Positions 1 to 8,053 of a stretch of DNA of 64,000 bases are shown one piece after another. The DNA lies in the IMG/VR virus record IMGVR_UViG_3300031555_001734; one strand, given 5' to 3'. Source of the DNA: an uncultured virus (IMG/VR IMGVR_UViG_3300031555_001734) (taxonomy: Duplodnaviria > Heunggongvirae > Uroviricota > Caudoviricetes). The translations under genes were made by a program, and so were the position numbers. The notes below the pieces were generated by a model, which was not told where the DNA came from, ran no database searches, and saw only the letters and a program-made list of their open reading frames with translations. Position 1 is the stretch's first letter; each line of letters opens with the position of its first letter.

Positions 1-5
1 GTTAT

Positions 6-38
6 AAAAAAATCACGGTAGTCCGAAGACTACCGTGA
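6..38 (-). terminator. Intrinsic terminator of integrase gene
   Basis: 11-bp stem tcacggtagtc/gactaccgtga with minus-strand TTCG loop, then a minus-strand T7 run; overlaps the integrase stop. Confidence 0.85.
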
Positions 39-1661
39 GTCGGTGTGCAGTTGGGAGATCAGTACAAACCCGTCTGCGGTAAGGTAAATTATCGCAGGGG
101 GTTCGTACAGCTCCCCTATGGTGGAGCTTAGGGGAGTGAATACGAACCCATCCACGGGGCCGGAATCGGCTGATGACTCCTCTGAAAGTGGGTCTAACTG
201 GACTGTTTTACCCTTTTCTGTGAAGTGATAGTCGATTCGGATCTTGTCATCCCAAAGGTAGACAGTCTTCACAAATGTATTGATAAGCGTTTTGCGGTAG
301 GCAATATCATCGATGTCGCCGTCACGCAATTTTTCCATCGAGTAGATTATCCGCTCCTTCTCGATGGGCTTCGCCATTGCTCTGGCAACGGTCAGGGATT
401 TCTCCAAAGCTTCGATCTCGCCTTCGAGCTCCAGCAAGCGATCCTTGGTGGTGGCCGTAATAATTCCCTGTTCGATAGCTGCAAGGATATTCTTTGCGGC
501 TTTTTTCTTTTCCGCCAGTTGGTCTTGCATGGACGTGATCTCGACGGATCTGCGAGCCTGAAGCTGGAACTCCATGGCGTTGTCGGCAATCCACTCGATG
601 ACATCATCCTGCAGAACAATGGTTTTTGTCAGCTCAGCAACCTTTCGTTCGATCCAGTCACGCCGGACATTCTGTTTCTTGCAGGATCCTCCGGTTCGCC
701 GATCGTTGCATACATAGTAATAATGCAGCTCGCCGTGCTTGCCGGTACCGGAAATACCGACCATGAAGGAGTTGCAATGACCGCACTTCAATTTGCCGGT
801 GAGCAAATAATCGGCATTGGCCCGCGGTCTGCCCTGGGGATTCTTCTTTGTAGTGAGTTTCTGCTGCACGGCGTAGAACACCTCCTTGGATACAATGGCC
901 GGGACTCCGCCTTCTTTTACGACCCCGCCGTACTTATAGGTGCCGATGTAGTTTTCATTTTTTAACAGCCGGTGGAAGCTGCCCTTGTTCCAGGCGTTTC
1001 CTTTTGATGTTTTGAATCCCCGGCGGTTCAGATCCAGAGCGATACTGGCAAAGGTTTCGTCGTTAAGAAAACGCTCGAAGATCTCTGCGACAACGGGTGC
1101 GGTGACTTCGTCCAGACCATAGTAGCCTTCCACATTCTTGTAGCCGAAAGGCAACCTGCCATTGACCTTACAGGCTTCGGCATTGTCCATCAGGCCACGC
1201 CGGATATCCTCGGCCATGTTCTCCGAATAGAACTGGTTTACGTTCATCATGGTACGCAGGGCGAAGCGGCCGGCAGCAGTGTTGCCGAATTCTTCTTTTG
1301 CGTAGAAGGTGCGGATGCCGTATGTTTCCAGTTTGTTTTCGTAGCTCAGCGCATTGAGCATATTTCTGGCAATTCGGTTCGACTTGTATGCAATGACCAC
1401 GGAGAACTTTCGCTTCTCCGCATCACGCATCATTTTCTGGAAATTGGTCCGCTTATCCGTCTTGCCGCTGATGGCTTTATCTGCGTAGACCTCAATTATC
1501 TGGATATTGTTCGCAAGTGCGAATGCCATGCACTCTTCTACCTGCTGCTCAATACTTTCTTCTTTCTGGTTGTGTGAACTGTATCGGGCGTAAATAACGC
1601 CGTAGGCTGACGGAAGAGTGCCCAGAGTAGCTTTGTTGGAATTGGTTTTGCGTGGTGCCAT
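30..1661 (-). CDS. int: Large serine recombinase (phage integrase)
   Basis: N-terminal IYARYSS catalytic motif, resolvase and recombinase domains, Zn ribbon LTGKLKCGHC...YYVC, coiled coil; SD-like GGGGGTG before ATG at 1661. Confidence 0.93.
   Translation of the reverse strand: MAPRKTNSNKATLGTLPSAYGVIYARYSSHNQKEESIEQQVEECMAFALANNIQIIEVYADKAISGKTDKRTNFQKMMRDAEKRKFSVVIAYKSNRIARNMLNALSYENKLETYGIRTFYAKEEFGNTAAGRFALRTMMNVNQFYSENMAEDIRRGLMDNAEACKVNGRLPFGYKNVEGYYGLDEVTAPVVAEIFERFLNDETFASIALDLNRRGFKTSKGNAWNKGSFHRLLKNENYIGTYKYGGVVKEGGVPAIVSKEVFYAVQQKLTTKKNPQGRPRANADYLLTGKLKCGHCNSFMVGISGTGKHGELHYYYVCNDRRTGGSCKKQNVRRDWIERKVAELTKTIVLQDDVIEWIADNAMEFQLQARRSVEITSMQDQLAEKKKAAKNILAAIEQGIITATTKDRLLELEGEIEALEKSLTVARAMAKPIEKERIIYSMEKLRDGDIDDIAYRKTLINTFVKTVYLWDDKIRIDYHFTEKGKTVQLDPLSEESSADSGPVDGFVFTPLSSTIGELYEPPAIIYLTADGFVLISQLHTDSR
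99..149. other. Putative attP site inside integrase 3' end
   Basis: Imperfect 51-bp palindrome: gggttcgta/tacgaaccc outer arms and ctccccta/taggggag inner arms around tggtggagct; minus strand reads ...GCTCCACCA, like a tmRNA/tRNA 3' end. Confidence 0.6.
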
Positions 1662-1680
1662 TCTGAGCACCCCCTTTCAA

Positions 1681-2244
1681 TCAGTTATCTTCGAGAGAGG
1701 GATGGATCCAAAGATCGATGTCATACTCTCCCAGGGTATTCTCGGCGAAACCGGAGTCAGAAGTGATAAGCGCCATGAGATCGGCATCGACGGTAAAGCT
1801 AATAACCTTTTGCTCGCTTCCGTCGGTCATGTCTGCTACAGCCCAATACTGAACTTCCTTGTACTGATCGAAGCCGTGATTCTGGATCAGATCGCAGACA
1901 CTGTAATAGTTCTGGTGGATGGTTGCGCTATTGCTGTAGCTGGGCTGGATCTTAGCCTTGATAACGGCGATGTTGTCGATGCTGTTGATGGTAACATCCA
2001 GGAGCTCGCCGAATTTGAGTTCGAGGGGCTCCTCTTCATTCTCGACAGGATCCGTCTCAGTAGTCATCGATTCGGTGGTTGCCGGCTGCGTTGTCTCTAC
2101 GGCCTTCGTAGGCTCGGTCGGCGCTTCGGTATCTTCGGTGTTGCCAAAGGCGCCCATGAGGATCACGACAACAAGAGCAATGAACCACCACTTCTTGTAA
2201 AACGGCTTCTTTATCTCCTGCTTTGCGTACTTTCCTTTTGCCAT
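1681..2244 (-). CDS. Membrane-anchored extracellular protein, possible superinfection exclusion
   Basis: KKPFYKKWWF plus a hydrophobic helix, T/E/P-rich linker, globular C-terminus; sits between integrase and repressor; AAGGAG SD. Confidence 0.6.
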   Translation of the reverse strand: MAKGKYAKQEIKKPFYKKWWFIALVVVILMGAFGNTEDTEAPTEPTKAVETTQPATTESMTTETDPVENEEEPLELKFGELLDVTINSIDNIAVIKAKIQPSYSNSATIHQNYYSVCDLIQNHGFDQYKEVQYWAVADMTDGSEQKVISFTVDADLMALITSDSGFAENTLGEYDIDLWIHPSLEDN

Positions 2245-2277
2245 ATAGATTCTCCTTTTGATGTCTCGCAAAAATAC

Positions 2278-2347
2278 AGTCGAATGTTAGATTATATCGT
2301 TCGACACAATTTGTAACTTTTTGTGATATAATTGACTTGCTGTCGAC
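2278..2347 (+). promoter_or_regulatory. Extended -10 promoter with Spo0A-box-like motifs upstream of the small antisense ORF
   Basis: TG-A-TATAAT at 2324-2332; TTCGACA (reverse complement of TGTCGAA) at 2300-2306; one-mismatch copies at 2278-2284 and 2341-2347. Confidence 0.55.
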
Positions 2348-2376
2348 GGCCAACATAAGCAAGGAGCCGTGATAAA

Positions 2377-2502
2377 ATGAAACAAGTCGAATTAAATGAA
2401 GAACTGCGCAACATGCTCATTGCAGAACTGATTGCGCAGCTTAGTCCAGCAGAAAAGGATCGAATCATCGCCGAGATAGAAGAAATTCTATCTGAGAGAT
2501 AA
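2377..2502 (+). CDS. 41-aa SinI-like putative antirepressor mimicking the repressor C-terminal domain
   Basis: AAGGAG SD at 2361-2366; MKQVELNEELRNMLIAELIAQLSPAEKDRIIAEIEEILSER; 16 of the last 27 residues are identical to the repressor C-terminus. Confidence 0.75.
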   Translation: MKQVELNEELRNMLIAELIAQLSPAEKDRIIAEIEEILSER

Positions 2503-2842
2503 TGTGGTCTTGTTCATCTGGGCTTAGCTGTTGTGCGAGCTCATTGATTCTGCTTAACCGTCCGTCTTCGGGTATCTCGGAGACGGGCGTTGTTTTTCTG
2601 TCCATAGGGACTTCGTAACCCATCAGCCAGGCTTCAGAAATGTTAAGAGCAAGGCTGAGTATTGTAAGCTTCGCTTGGTCTGGTACGTGTTTTCCTGAGA
2701 AGTATTGGCTCAAAGCACTCTTTCCCAGCTTGATTCCGTATTTCTCGCAAAATGGCTTAGCCGCTCTGAGAATATCAGCCTGAGACATATTCTTCATCTG
2801 GCTATACTGCTGCAGCCGCTGGCTAGTGGTGTAAGGCTTCAT
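2465..2842 (-). CDS. XRE-family HTH prophage repressor (CI-like, no S24 peptidase domain)
   Basis: HTH (MSQADI...LGKSALSQYFSGKHVP...LNISEAWLMG); divergent from a Cro-like gene; AAAGGAG SD before ATG 2842. Confidence 0.88.
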   Translation of the reverse strand: MKPYTTSQRLQQYSQMKNMSQADILRAAKPFCEKYGIKLGKSALSQYFSGKHVPDQAKLTILSLALNISEAWLMGYEVPMDRKTTPVSEIPEDGRLSRINELAQQLSPDEQDHIISQIEFLLSRR

Positions 2843-2867
2843 AAGCTCACTCCTTTCGCATGCCATT

Positions 2868-2896
2868 ATTATACACCTGTTTGAACTAAAGTTCAA
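2868..2896 (-). promoter_or_regulatory. Repressor promoter (sigmaA-type)
   Basis: Minus-strand TTGAAC (2891-2896), 17-nt spacer, TATAAT (2868-2873). Confidence 0.65.
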
Positions 2897-2910
2897 GAGA
2901 AAAAGCACTT

Positions 2911-2929
2911 AGGTTCAAAATTTTTGAAC
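2911..2929. promoter_or_regulatory. Operator O1 (AGGTTCA-N7-TGAAC)
   Basis: aggttca aaatttt tgaac; same dyad recurs at 2973-2991 and 3244-3262. Confidence 0.7.
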
Positions 2930-2937
2930 AGAAGGTA

Positions 2938-2966
2938 TTGCATTTTGGTTTTCAAGGTGTTATAGT
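2938..2966 (+). promoter_or_regulatory. Early lytic promoter
   Basis: TTGCAT, 17-nt spacer, TATAGT; flanked by operators O1 and O2. Confidence 0.75.
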
Positions 2967-2972
2967 ACATAC

Positions 2973-2991
2973 AGGTTCAACGACGCTGAAC
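2973..2991. promoter_or_regulatory. Operator O2 (AGGTTCA-N7-TGAAC)
   Basis: aggttca acgacgc tgaac just downstream of the -10 element. Confidence 0.7.
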
Positions 2992-3014
2992 CACCAAAGA
3001 AAGGAGGAACGACC

Positions 3015-3260
3015 GTGGAGTGCGAGTCCAATAAGATCCAATACGATTACAGCAAGCTCAACGGAAAGATCCGTGAGGTTTTTGGCAAGTGTTCTGCCTT
3101 TGCAGCTGCTATGAATATGTCCGAGAGAACTCTTTCTCTGAAGCTGAACAACAAACGGTACTGGAAACAGCCTGAGATGGAGCTTGCATGCAGCTTGCTG
3201 GGCATCTCTCACATTGAATTGTGGGATTATTTTTTTGTCCAAAAGGTTCAGACACCTTGA
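3015..3260 (+). CDS. Cro-like HTH protein (DUF739-like)
   Basis: YDYSKLNGKIREVFG...FA.AM.MSE.TLS.KLNN...W...YFF pattern; AAGGAGG SD; first gene of the early operon. Confidence 0.85.
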   Translation: MECESNKIQYDYSKLNGKIREVFGKCSAFAAAMNMSERTLSLKLNNKRYWKQPEMELACSLLGISHIELWDYFFVQKVQTP

Positions 3261-3262
3261 AC
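3244..3262. promoter_or_regulatory. Operator O3 (AGGTTCA-N7-TGAAC)
   Basis: aggttca gacacct tgaac overlapping the cro stop codon. Confidence 0.65.
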
Positions 3263-3281
3263 CTCTACGAAGGGAGAAAGC

Positions 3282-3455
3282 ATGAACGAGCATAAGTACC
3301 CCAGGATTCAGGTGAGCCAGATCCCTGAGTATGAGCGCAACGAGCTGGCAAAGATGGCCTTGGCTGTGACTGAGGCTGTATTCTCCAATCCCGGAGAGGA
3401 AGAACGTTATCAGGCATGGCTTTCAGAAAGAAAGCTGCGGGCCATGAACCGATAA
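3282..3455 (+). CDS. Small hypothetical protein (57 aa)
   Basis: AGGGAG SD, ORF MNEHKYPRIQ...RYQAWLSERK; fills the gap in the operon; not in the ORF track. Confidence 0.65.
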   Translation: MNEHKYPRIQVSQIPEYERNELAKMALAVTEAVFSNPGEEERYQAWLSERKLRAMNR

Positions 3456-3480
3456 AAATTAAATCGAAGGAGGTGCAAAT

Positions 3481-3873
3481 ATGAAAGGCGTGGTTTTTAC
3501 AACTGACGAGAAAATGTACGTCAAGGAATTCGGAGAACCGTTGTATCAGACCCTTGGTGAGGTCGTTGGAGGCTGGATTGAGGTAGTTCATGCAAGAGGC
3601 CTGAAATCCCCGTACTGCTTTATCGTCAATGAAGAAGGGCTCCTTAAGAAACTTCCCTTTAACACCATCGGTAGCGTCTGGTATCAGACAAGCAAGCACG
3701 GATGGCCGATCGTAGGCAACATTGTTGTCATGAAGGATGGTTTCGTCGACGGTGAGCCGGACGTTGTCGGACTTACCGACGAAGAAATCGCAGAGATCAA
3801 GGCAATCGCCACTCGGATCTCTGATGGAGCCATCGAGGAGGTTGAATCTCATGAAACACAGAGAATGCCCTGA
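3481..3873 (+). CDS. DUF3846-like phage protein
   Basis: L...VGGWIEVV...IVNEEG...LPFN...IVGN motif; AAGGAGG SD. Confidence 0.7.
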   Translation: MKGVVFTTDEKMYVKEFGEPLYQTLGEVVGGWIEVVHARGLKSPYCFIVNEEGLLKKLPFNTIGSVWYQTSKHGWPIVGNIVVMKDGFVDGEPDVVGLTDEEIAEIKAIATRISDGAIEEVESHETQRMP

Positions 3874-4414
3874 TTGCGGTTCTGCGTTGGATCCCGCCGA
3901 GATCTGTGATTGCAAGAAAAAAGAGGATGCTCCCGCTGCAACAGGAACATCCTCGAATGGAAACGATTGGCGTCGTGATTCCATTTCTAGTTTACCAGAT
4001 CAGTTCCGGGATGTCAACAATCTGCTCCGACTCAAGGAGATTAGAGAGAGCACCGGGCATATGGCAAAAGATGTGGCGCCGGTTATCCAGAACAGATTTC
4101 CTAAGTTCAATCGGCAGCTGCTCGCCCAGGCTGAAAATCCTGAGAAGTACGGCATAATCATCCACCCTGACGGACTTAAGGTTCTCTGTGATGCTTACGG
4201 CATCCGGCTCGGGGATCCTGAGATCCCGATCACTGTTGAGAAACAGGAGACTGTCAAGAAACCTGAGCGCCGGAAGCTCGGCCGAAAGCTTACCTTCCGT
4301 ATGACTGACGGGGATTTTGAGATCCTGCAGAAACGGATTCAGGATGATGGCTTCGACTCTGTACAGGCTTGGCTTTATGCCAAGATCACGGAATTGCTTG
4401 GAGGTGGCGCATGA
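3851..4414 (+). CDS. Hypothetical protein with N-terminal CPxCG..LDPxExCDC zinc finger
   Basis: Cys motif at start, coupled to neighbours. Confidence 0.65.
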   Translation: MKHRECPDCGSALDPAEICDCKKKEDAPAATGTSSNGNDWRRDSISSLPDQFRDVNNLLRLKEIRESTGHMAKDVAPVIQNRFPKFNRQLLAQAENPEKYGIIIHPDGLKVLCDAYGIRLGDPEIPITVEKQETVKKPERRKLGRKLTFRMTDGDFEILQKRIQDDGFDSVQAWLYAKITELLGGGA

Positions 4415-4677
4415 ACATCCCGGAACATCCTGAGATAGCCAGGACACTGGCGACTGGATACCCCCAGCCCGTCAAGGATTCTGACCCGGTCAACTGTACC
4501 GACTGCGGCCTGGAACTTGATGGTGAGGACACAGTATTCATTTATGACGGCGAGCCCTGCTGTGAGAACTGCTGCCGGGATCGCATCGAAGAAGAATTTG
4601 ACATGAGCTATATTGCCGAGAGGCTCGGGATCCACCATGAGTCCGCAACAGACTATGCAAATCATCGTGACGAGTGA
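4411..4677 (+). CDS. Small zinc-finger phage protein
   Basis: GGAGG SD; IPEHPEI...TGYP, CxxCG...CxxC. Confidence 0.65.
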   Translation: MNIPEHPEIARTLATGYPQPVKDSDPVNCTDCGLELDGEDTVFIYDGEPCCENCCRDRIEEEFDMSYIAERLGIHHESATDYANHRDE

Positions 4678-4696
4678 GTCACAGAAAGGATACCAC

Positions 4697-4948
4697 ATGA
4701 ACCGCTATTTCTTTACCTACGGAACCAAGGGCCAGCCTTTTGCTGGGGGCTGGACTGAGGTTCAGGCAGAAAACAAGGCTCTCGCTTGCGAAGCCTTCCG
4801 GGCTTATCACCCGGACAAGTACCCGAACATGCTGGCCTGCAGCGATGTCTACACTGAGGCCGAGTTCAAGAAAACCATTATGTACACCACCGATAACCAC
4901 GGCGCTCGCTGCCACGAAATTATCGTTCTGCAGCGGCAGACCGCATGA
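4697..4948 (+). CDS. Hypothetical protein (paralog of the C-terminal domain of 62492..62995)
   Basis: AAAGGA SD; MNRYFFTYG...W.EV.A...A...FR..HP....L.CS.VY.EA. Confidence 0.7.
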   Translation: MNRYFFTYGTKGQPFAGGWTEVQAENKALACEAFRAYHPDKYPNMLACSDVYTEAEFKKTIMYTTDNHGARCHEIIVLQRQTA

Positions 4949-4963
4949 TGAAAGGAGAAAGCA

Positions 4964-5917
4964 ATGATTCAGAAGGCCGATGCTATCATCACCGAAGCGA
5001 AGAAGATCCGCATGCTGGTTGCCGGATATCCCGGCATCGGTAAGTCCACCTTGGCTTTGTCTGCACCCCGCCCCCTGCACGTCGACATCGATCACGGTAT
5101 AGACCGTATCGAGCCCCGGTACCGCAAGGACTTTATTCAGCCTAAGTCCTACGAGGAGATCTTGGCCGATCTGGTTCCGGAGAACCTCACTGACTACGAC
5201 TCCCTGGTATTTGATACCGGCGGCAAGCTGATCTCCCTGATGTCCCTGTGGGCAGCGAAGCAGGATCCCAAGTACCGCCAGCGTGACGGTTCCCTGAGCC
5301 TGAAGGGCTACGGCGTTGTTGGCAAGGAGTTCAACCGCCTGATGGACTACTGCTTCTACGAGCTGGACAAGAACATCATTATCGTGTTCCATGCCATCGA
5401 GGATAAGGATGGCGACAATACCCGCCTCCGCATCAAGGTCGAAGGTCAGACGAAGAACAACGTCTGGGAGAACCAGGATCTGGGCGGTTTCGTTGAGATG
5501 TACGGCAATGACCGCACGATCGGCTTCTCCAACTGCGAGCGGTACTTCGCCAAGGGTACCCGCGGCATTAACGGTGTTATCAAGATCCCCACTCTCGGCC
5601 CCACTTCCCCCAACGATTTCCTGACCAAGCTGTTTGAACAGTACAATGCTAAGGCGGCAGCTGAAGTCGCTGAGAATCAGGCTAAGCAGGATGCCTACAA
5701 CGCCGCCATGCAGGCCGGTCACGAGATCATTGCCACCATCAAGGATGCGGATACTGCCAATGCGGCAATTCCCAAGATTAAGGCCATTCAGCATGCGCTT
5801 ACCTCTGAGCGTGAGATCGGTGTAGCGTTCAATGCACAGATCAAAAACCTGGATCTGTTCTACGATAAGGTGTTGAAGCAGTACACCCCTGCGCCTCCCA
5901 AAAAGGAGGGAGAATAA
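4964..5917 (+). CDS. AAA-family (Sak4-like) P-loop recombination protein
   Basis: Walker A GYPGIGKST, Walker B LVFDT; recombination module context. Confidence 0.8.
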   Translation: MIQKADAIITEAKKIRMLVAGYPGIGKSTLALSAPRPLHVDIDHGIDRIEPRYRKDFIQPKSYEEILADLVPENLTDYDSLVFDTGGKLISLMSLWAAKQDPKYRQRDGSLSLKGYGVVGKEFNRLMDYCFYELDKNIIIVFHAIEDKDGDNTRLRIKVEGQTKNNVWENQDLGGFVEMYGNDRTIGFSNCERYFAKGTRGINGVIKIPTLGPTSPNDFLTKLFEQYNAKAAAEVAENQAKQDAYNAAMQAGHEIIATIKDADTANAAIPKIKAIQHALTSEREIGVAFNAQIKNLDLFYDKVLKQYTPAPPKKEGE

Positions 5918-6219
5918 TGCCTAACATCAGACCTCGCAGCCCCTATACCAGAGTTACCGTAAGAACAAAACCCAACGTCGGCAAAGACCCTTTCGGCGGC
6001 AGAGAATTGGGTGACCAGGAATTTCAGGTAGAGGACTGGTGGGAGAACGTCACCGGCAAGTCCTGGATGGTATCTGATGGCAATATCGCAGCAATGGCCT
6101 ATGCCATCCGCACCGGGAGAAACGGCAATGTACCTGCTGACAATGAGGTGCTGTATGGCAAAATCGATGGGTTGGGCTACATTTTCCATGTATCTGAGCT
6201 GTGCTTGACGGAGGTGTAA
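5917..6219 (+). CDS. Hypothetical protein
   Basis: AGGAGG SD; coupled ORF. Confidence 0.65.
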   Translation: MPNIRPRSPYTRVTVRTKPNVGKDPFGGRELGDQEFQVEDWWENVTGKSWMVSDGNIAAMAYAIRTGRNGNVPADNEVLYGKIDGLGYIFHVSELCLTEV

Positions 6220-6220
6220 G

Positions 6221-6844
6221 ATGGCTAAACGCTACCTTATGACCCACTCGCTGTTATCTTCGTGGCTTTATGCCATGAAGAGCAACCCTTACGAGGATGC
6301 TACAACCGAGAGAGATCCCTATGAAGAGTTCCTTCAGACCCTTCGCAGAGAGCCGACACCAACGACAGAGGCTATGCAGAATGGCATCGAGTTCGAGGAT
6401 CTGGTAACAGCGATCATCAACAACGATGTCGAAAAGATGAAAGCTCACCCTAGCTGGTTTGATGCTGCTTTCGATGTAGCAACCGTTGTCGGTGGAGGTA
6501 CGCTGCAGTATCGGGCAAAGCGGGAGATCTGCGTTGACGATATGTGCTTTGTTCTCTATGGACGGCTGGATGTGCTGAAAGGCGGTGTCATCTACGATAT
6601 TAAGTTCACCAAGAATTACGATGTCGGCAAGTACTTCGACTCTACCCAGCACCCGACCTACCTCCGGATCGTGCCCGAAGCGGAGAAATTCGTTTACCTG
6701 GCATCGAATGGATCTCAGGTATGGCCTGAAACCTACCGCAGAGACGAAACACCGCCGATTGAGCCCATCATTTCTGACTTCCTTTCTTTCCTGAAGGCCA
6801 ATGATCTTTTCGAGATCTACAAGGAACACTGGGAGGCCAAATGA
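6221..6844 (+). CDS. PD-(D/E)xK exonuclease-like protein
   Basis: G.EFE, GRLD...IYDIK, Q..Y motifs; next to the Sak4-like gene. Confidence 0.7.
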   Translation: MAKRYLMTHSLLSSWLYAMKSNPYEDATTERDPYEEFLQTLRREPTPTTEAMQNGIEFEDLVTAIINNDVEKMKAHPSWFDAAFDVATVVGGGTLQYRAKREICVDDMCFVLYGRLDVLKGGVIYDIKFTKNYDVGKYFDSTQHPTYLRIVPEAEKFVYLASNGSQVWPETYRRDETPPIEPIISDFLSFLKANDLFEIYKEHWEAK

Positions 6845-7368
6845 AGGGGCGGTTGAAGGATCTCACCTTCGGCCGTAACGGTGAGCAGCATATCACAGTT
6901 ACCGTCAAACAGGACTTCCGGGATGACTTCGATAAGCTCAAGGATAAGGATATCCGGGTGGAATTGAAGATATGGAGAGAGCCCAGAAGCAAAGATGCCA
7001 ATGCTTATTTCCATGTTCTGGTCAACAAAATTGCCGAGGCCCAAGGCCTCGGCAATGATGAAGTAAAGCGCAGTCTGGTAGTTGAATACGGAACCCTCGC
7101 CCGGGACGATGACGGTCAGCTGATCGGAGCTATGCTTCCGGCCGGAGCGGACATTGACCAATTCTATCCCTATACCCGACTGTATAAGACCATGGAAATG
7201 GAAGGCCGGGAATATGAGTGCTACCTGTTCTATAAACGCACCCACACCCTGGACAGCAAGGAGATGGCACGACTTATCGACGGAACAATCTACGTCGCCC
7301 GTGAATTAGGGATTGATACTGATACCCCGGAGCAGATTGCCCGGTATAAGGAGGAATGGAAAAATTGA
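6841..7368 (+). CDS. NinB/Orf-like recombination protein
   Basis: RS.DANAYFHVL..KIA and THTLDSKEMARLIDG...A.ELGI motifs. Confidence 0.7.
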   Translation: MKGRLKDLTFGRNGEQHITVTVKQDFRDDFDKLKDKDIRVELKIWREPRSKDANAYFHVLVNKIAEAQGLGNDEVKRSLVVEYGTLARDDDGQLIGAMLPAGADIDQFYPYTRLYKTMEMEGREYECYLFYKRTHTLDSKEMARLIDGTIYVARELGIDTDTPEQIARYKEEWKN

Positions 7369-7763
7369 GCAAAAAGAAGCTGATCCCCGAAGATGTCTAT
7401 TGCCCCTATTGTGGGAAAAAGGCTGAGTTTGTGGACAGTAGCATCGTCTACGGCAAGAGCTATGGCATGATCTACCTTTGCAAGAACTGCCTGGCTTATG
7501 TAGGAGTTCACAAAGGAACATCGAAACCCCTTGGCAGACTGGCAAACGCCCAGCTTCGCTACTGGAAAAATAAAGCGCATGAAGCGTTTGATCCGCTGTG
7601 GAAGTACGGTCGGTTCAAAGGTAGCCGTAATACAGCCTATGCGTGGCTTGCGAAGCAGATGCGCCTTCCGATTGAGGAAACTCACATCGGCATGTTTGAC
7701 ATTGATGATTGCAAGAAAGCGATCCGCATTTGCCGAATTGAGAGGGGTTATAACCGTTTCTGA
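7356..7763 (+). CDS. DUF3268-like zinc-finger protein
   Basis: CPYCG, YLCxxC.AYVGVH.GT..PLG.LA...LR...AH..FDPLW...AY.WLA...HIGMFD. Confidence 0.8.
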   Translation: MEKLSKKKLIPEDVYCPYCGKKAEFVDSSIVYGKSYGMIYLCKNCLAYVGVHKGTSKPLGRLANAQLRYWKNKAHEAFDPLWKYGRFKGSRNTAYAWLAKQMRLPIEETHIGMFDIDDCKKAIRICRIERGYNRF

Positions 7764-7834
7764 GCTTATTTGCTCATGAAAACGATATTGCGACAACCCC
7801 TTATTAAACCCTCTTAAATCGAAAGGAAAAGCCT

Positions 7835-8047
7835 ATGGGAAAGACTACGTCGTATTGCCCTAACAAGCACACGGACTGCTTTGCTTGCGTTGAAGGCCGA
7901 TGCTCTGTGCTGAGCAATACAAATTTCGAGGGACGAGATTGTCCCTTCTTCAAAACCAGAGAGCAGTGCCAGGAAGAAAACGCATTGCGCAAGGAAAGAT
8001 TGCGTGACCTCGGCCTGACGCACTACTTTGACAAATATGGGAGGTAA
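7835..8047 (+). CDS. Small Cys-rich protein
   Basis: DCFA...C..L......CPFFK; AAAGGA SD. Confidence 0.6.
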   Translation: MGKTTSYCPNKHTDCFACVEGRCSVLSNTNFEGRDCPFFKTREQCQEENALRKERLRDLGLTHYFDKYGR

Positions 8048-8053
8048 GTCCAG

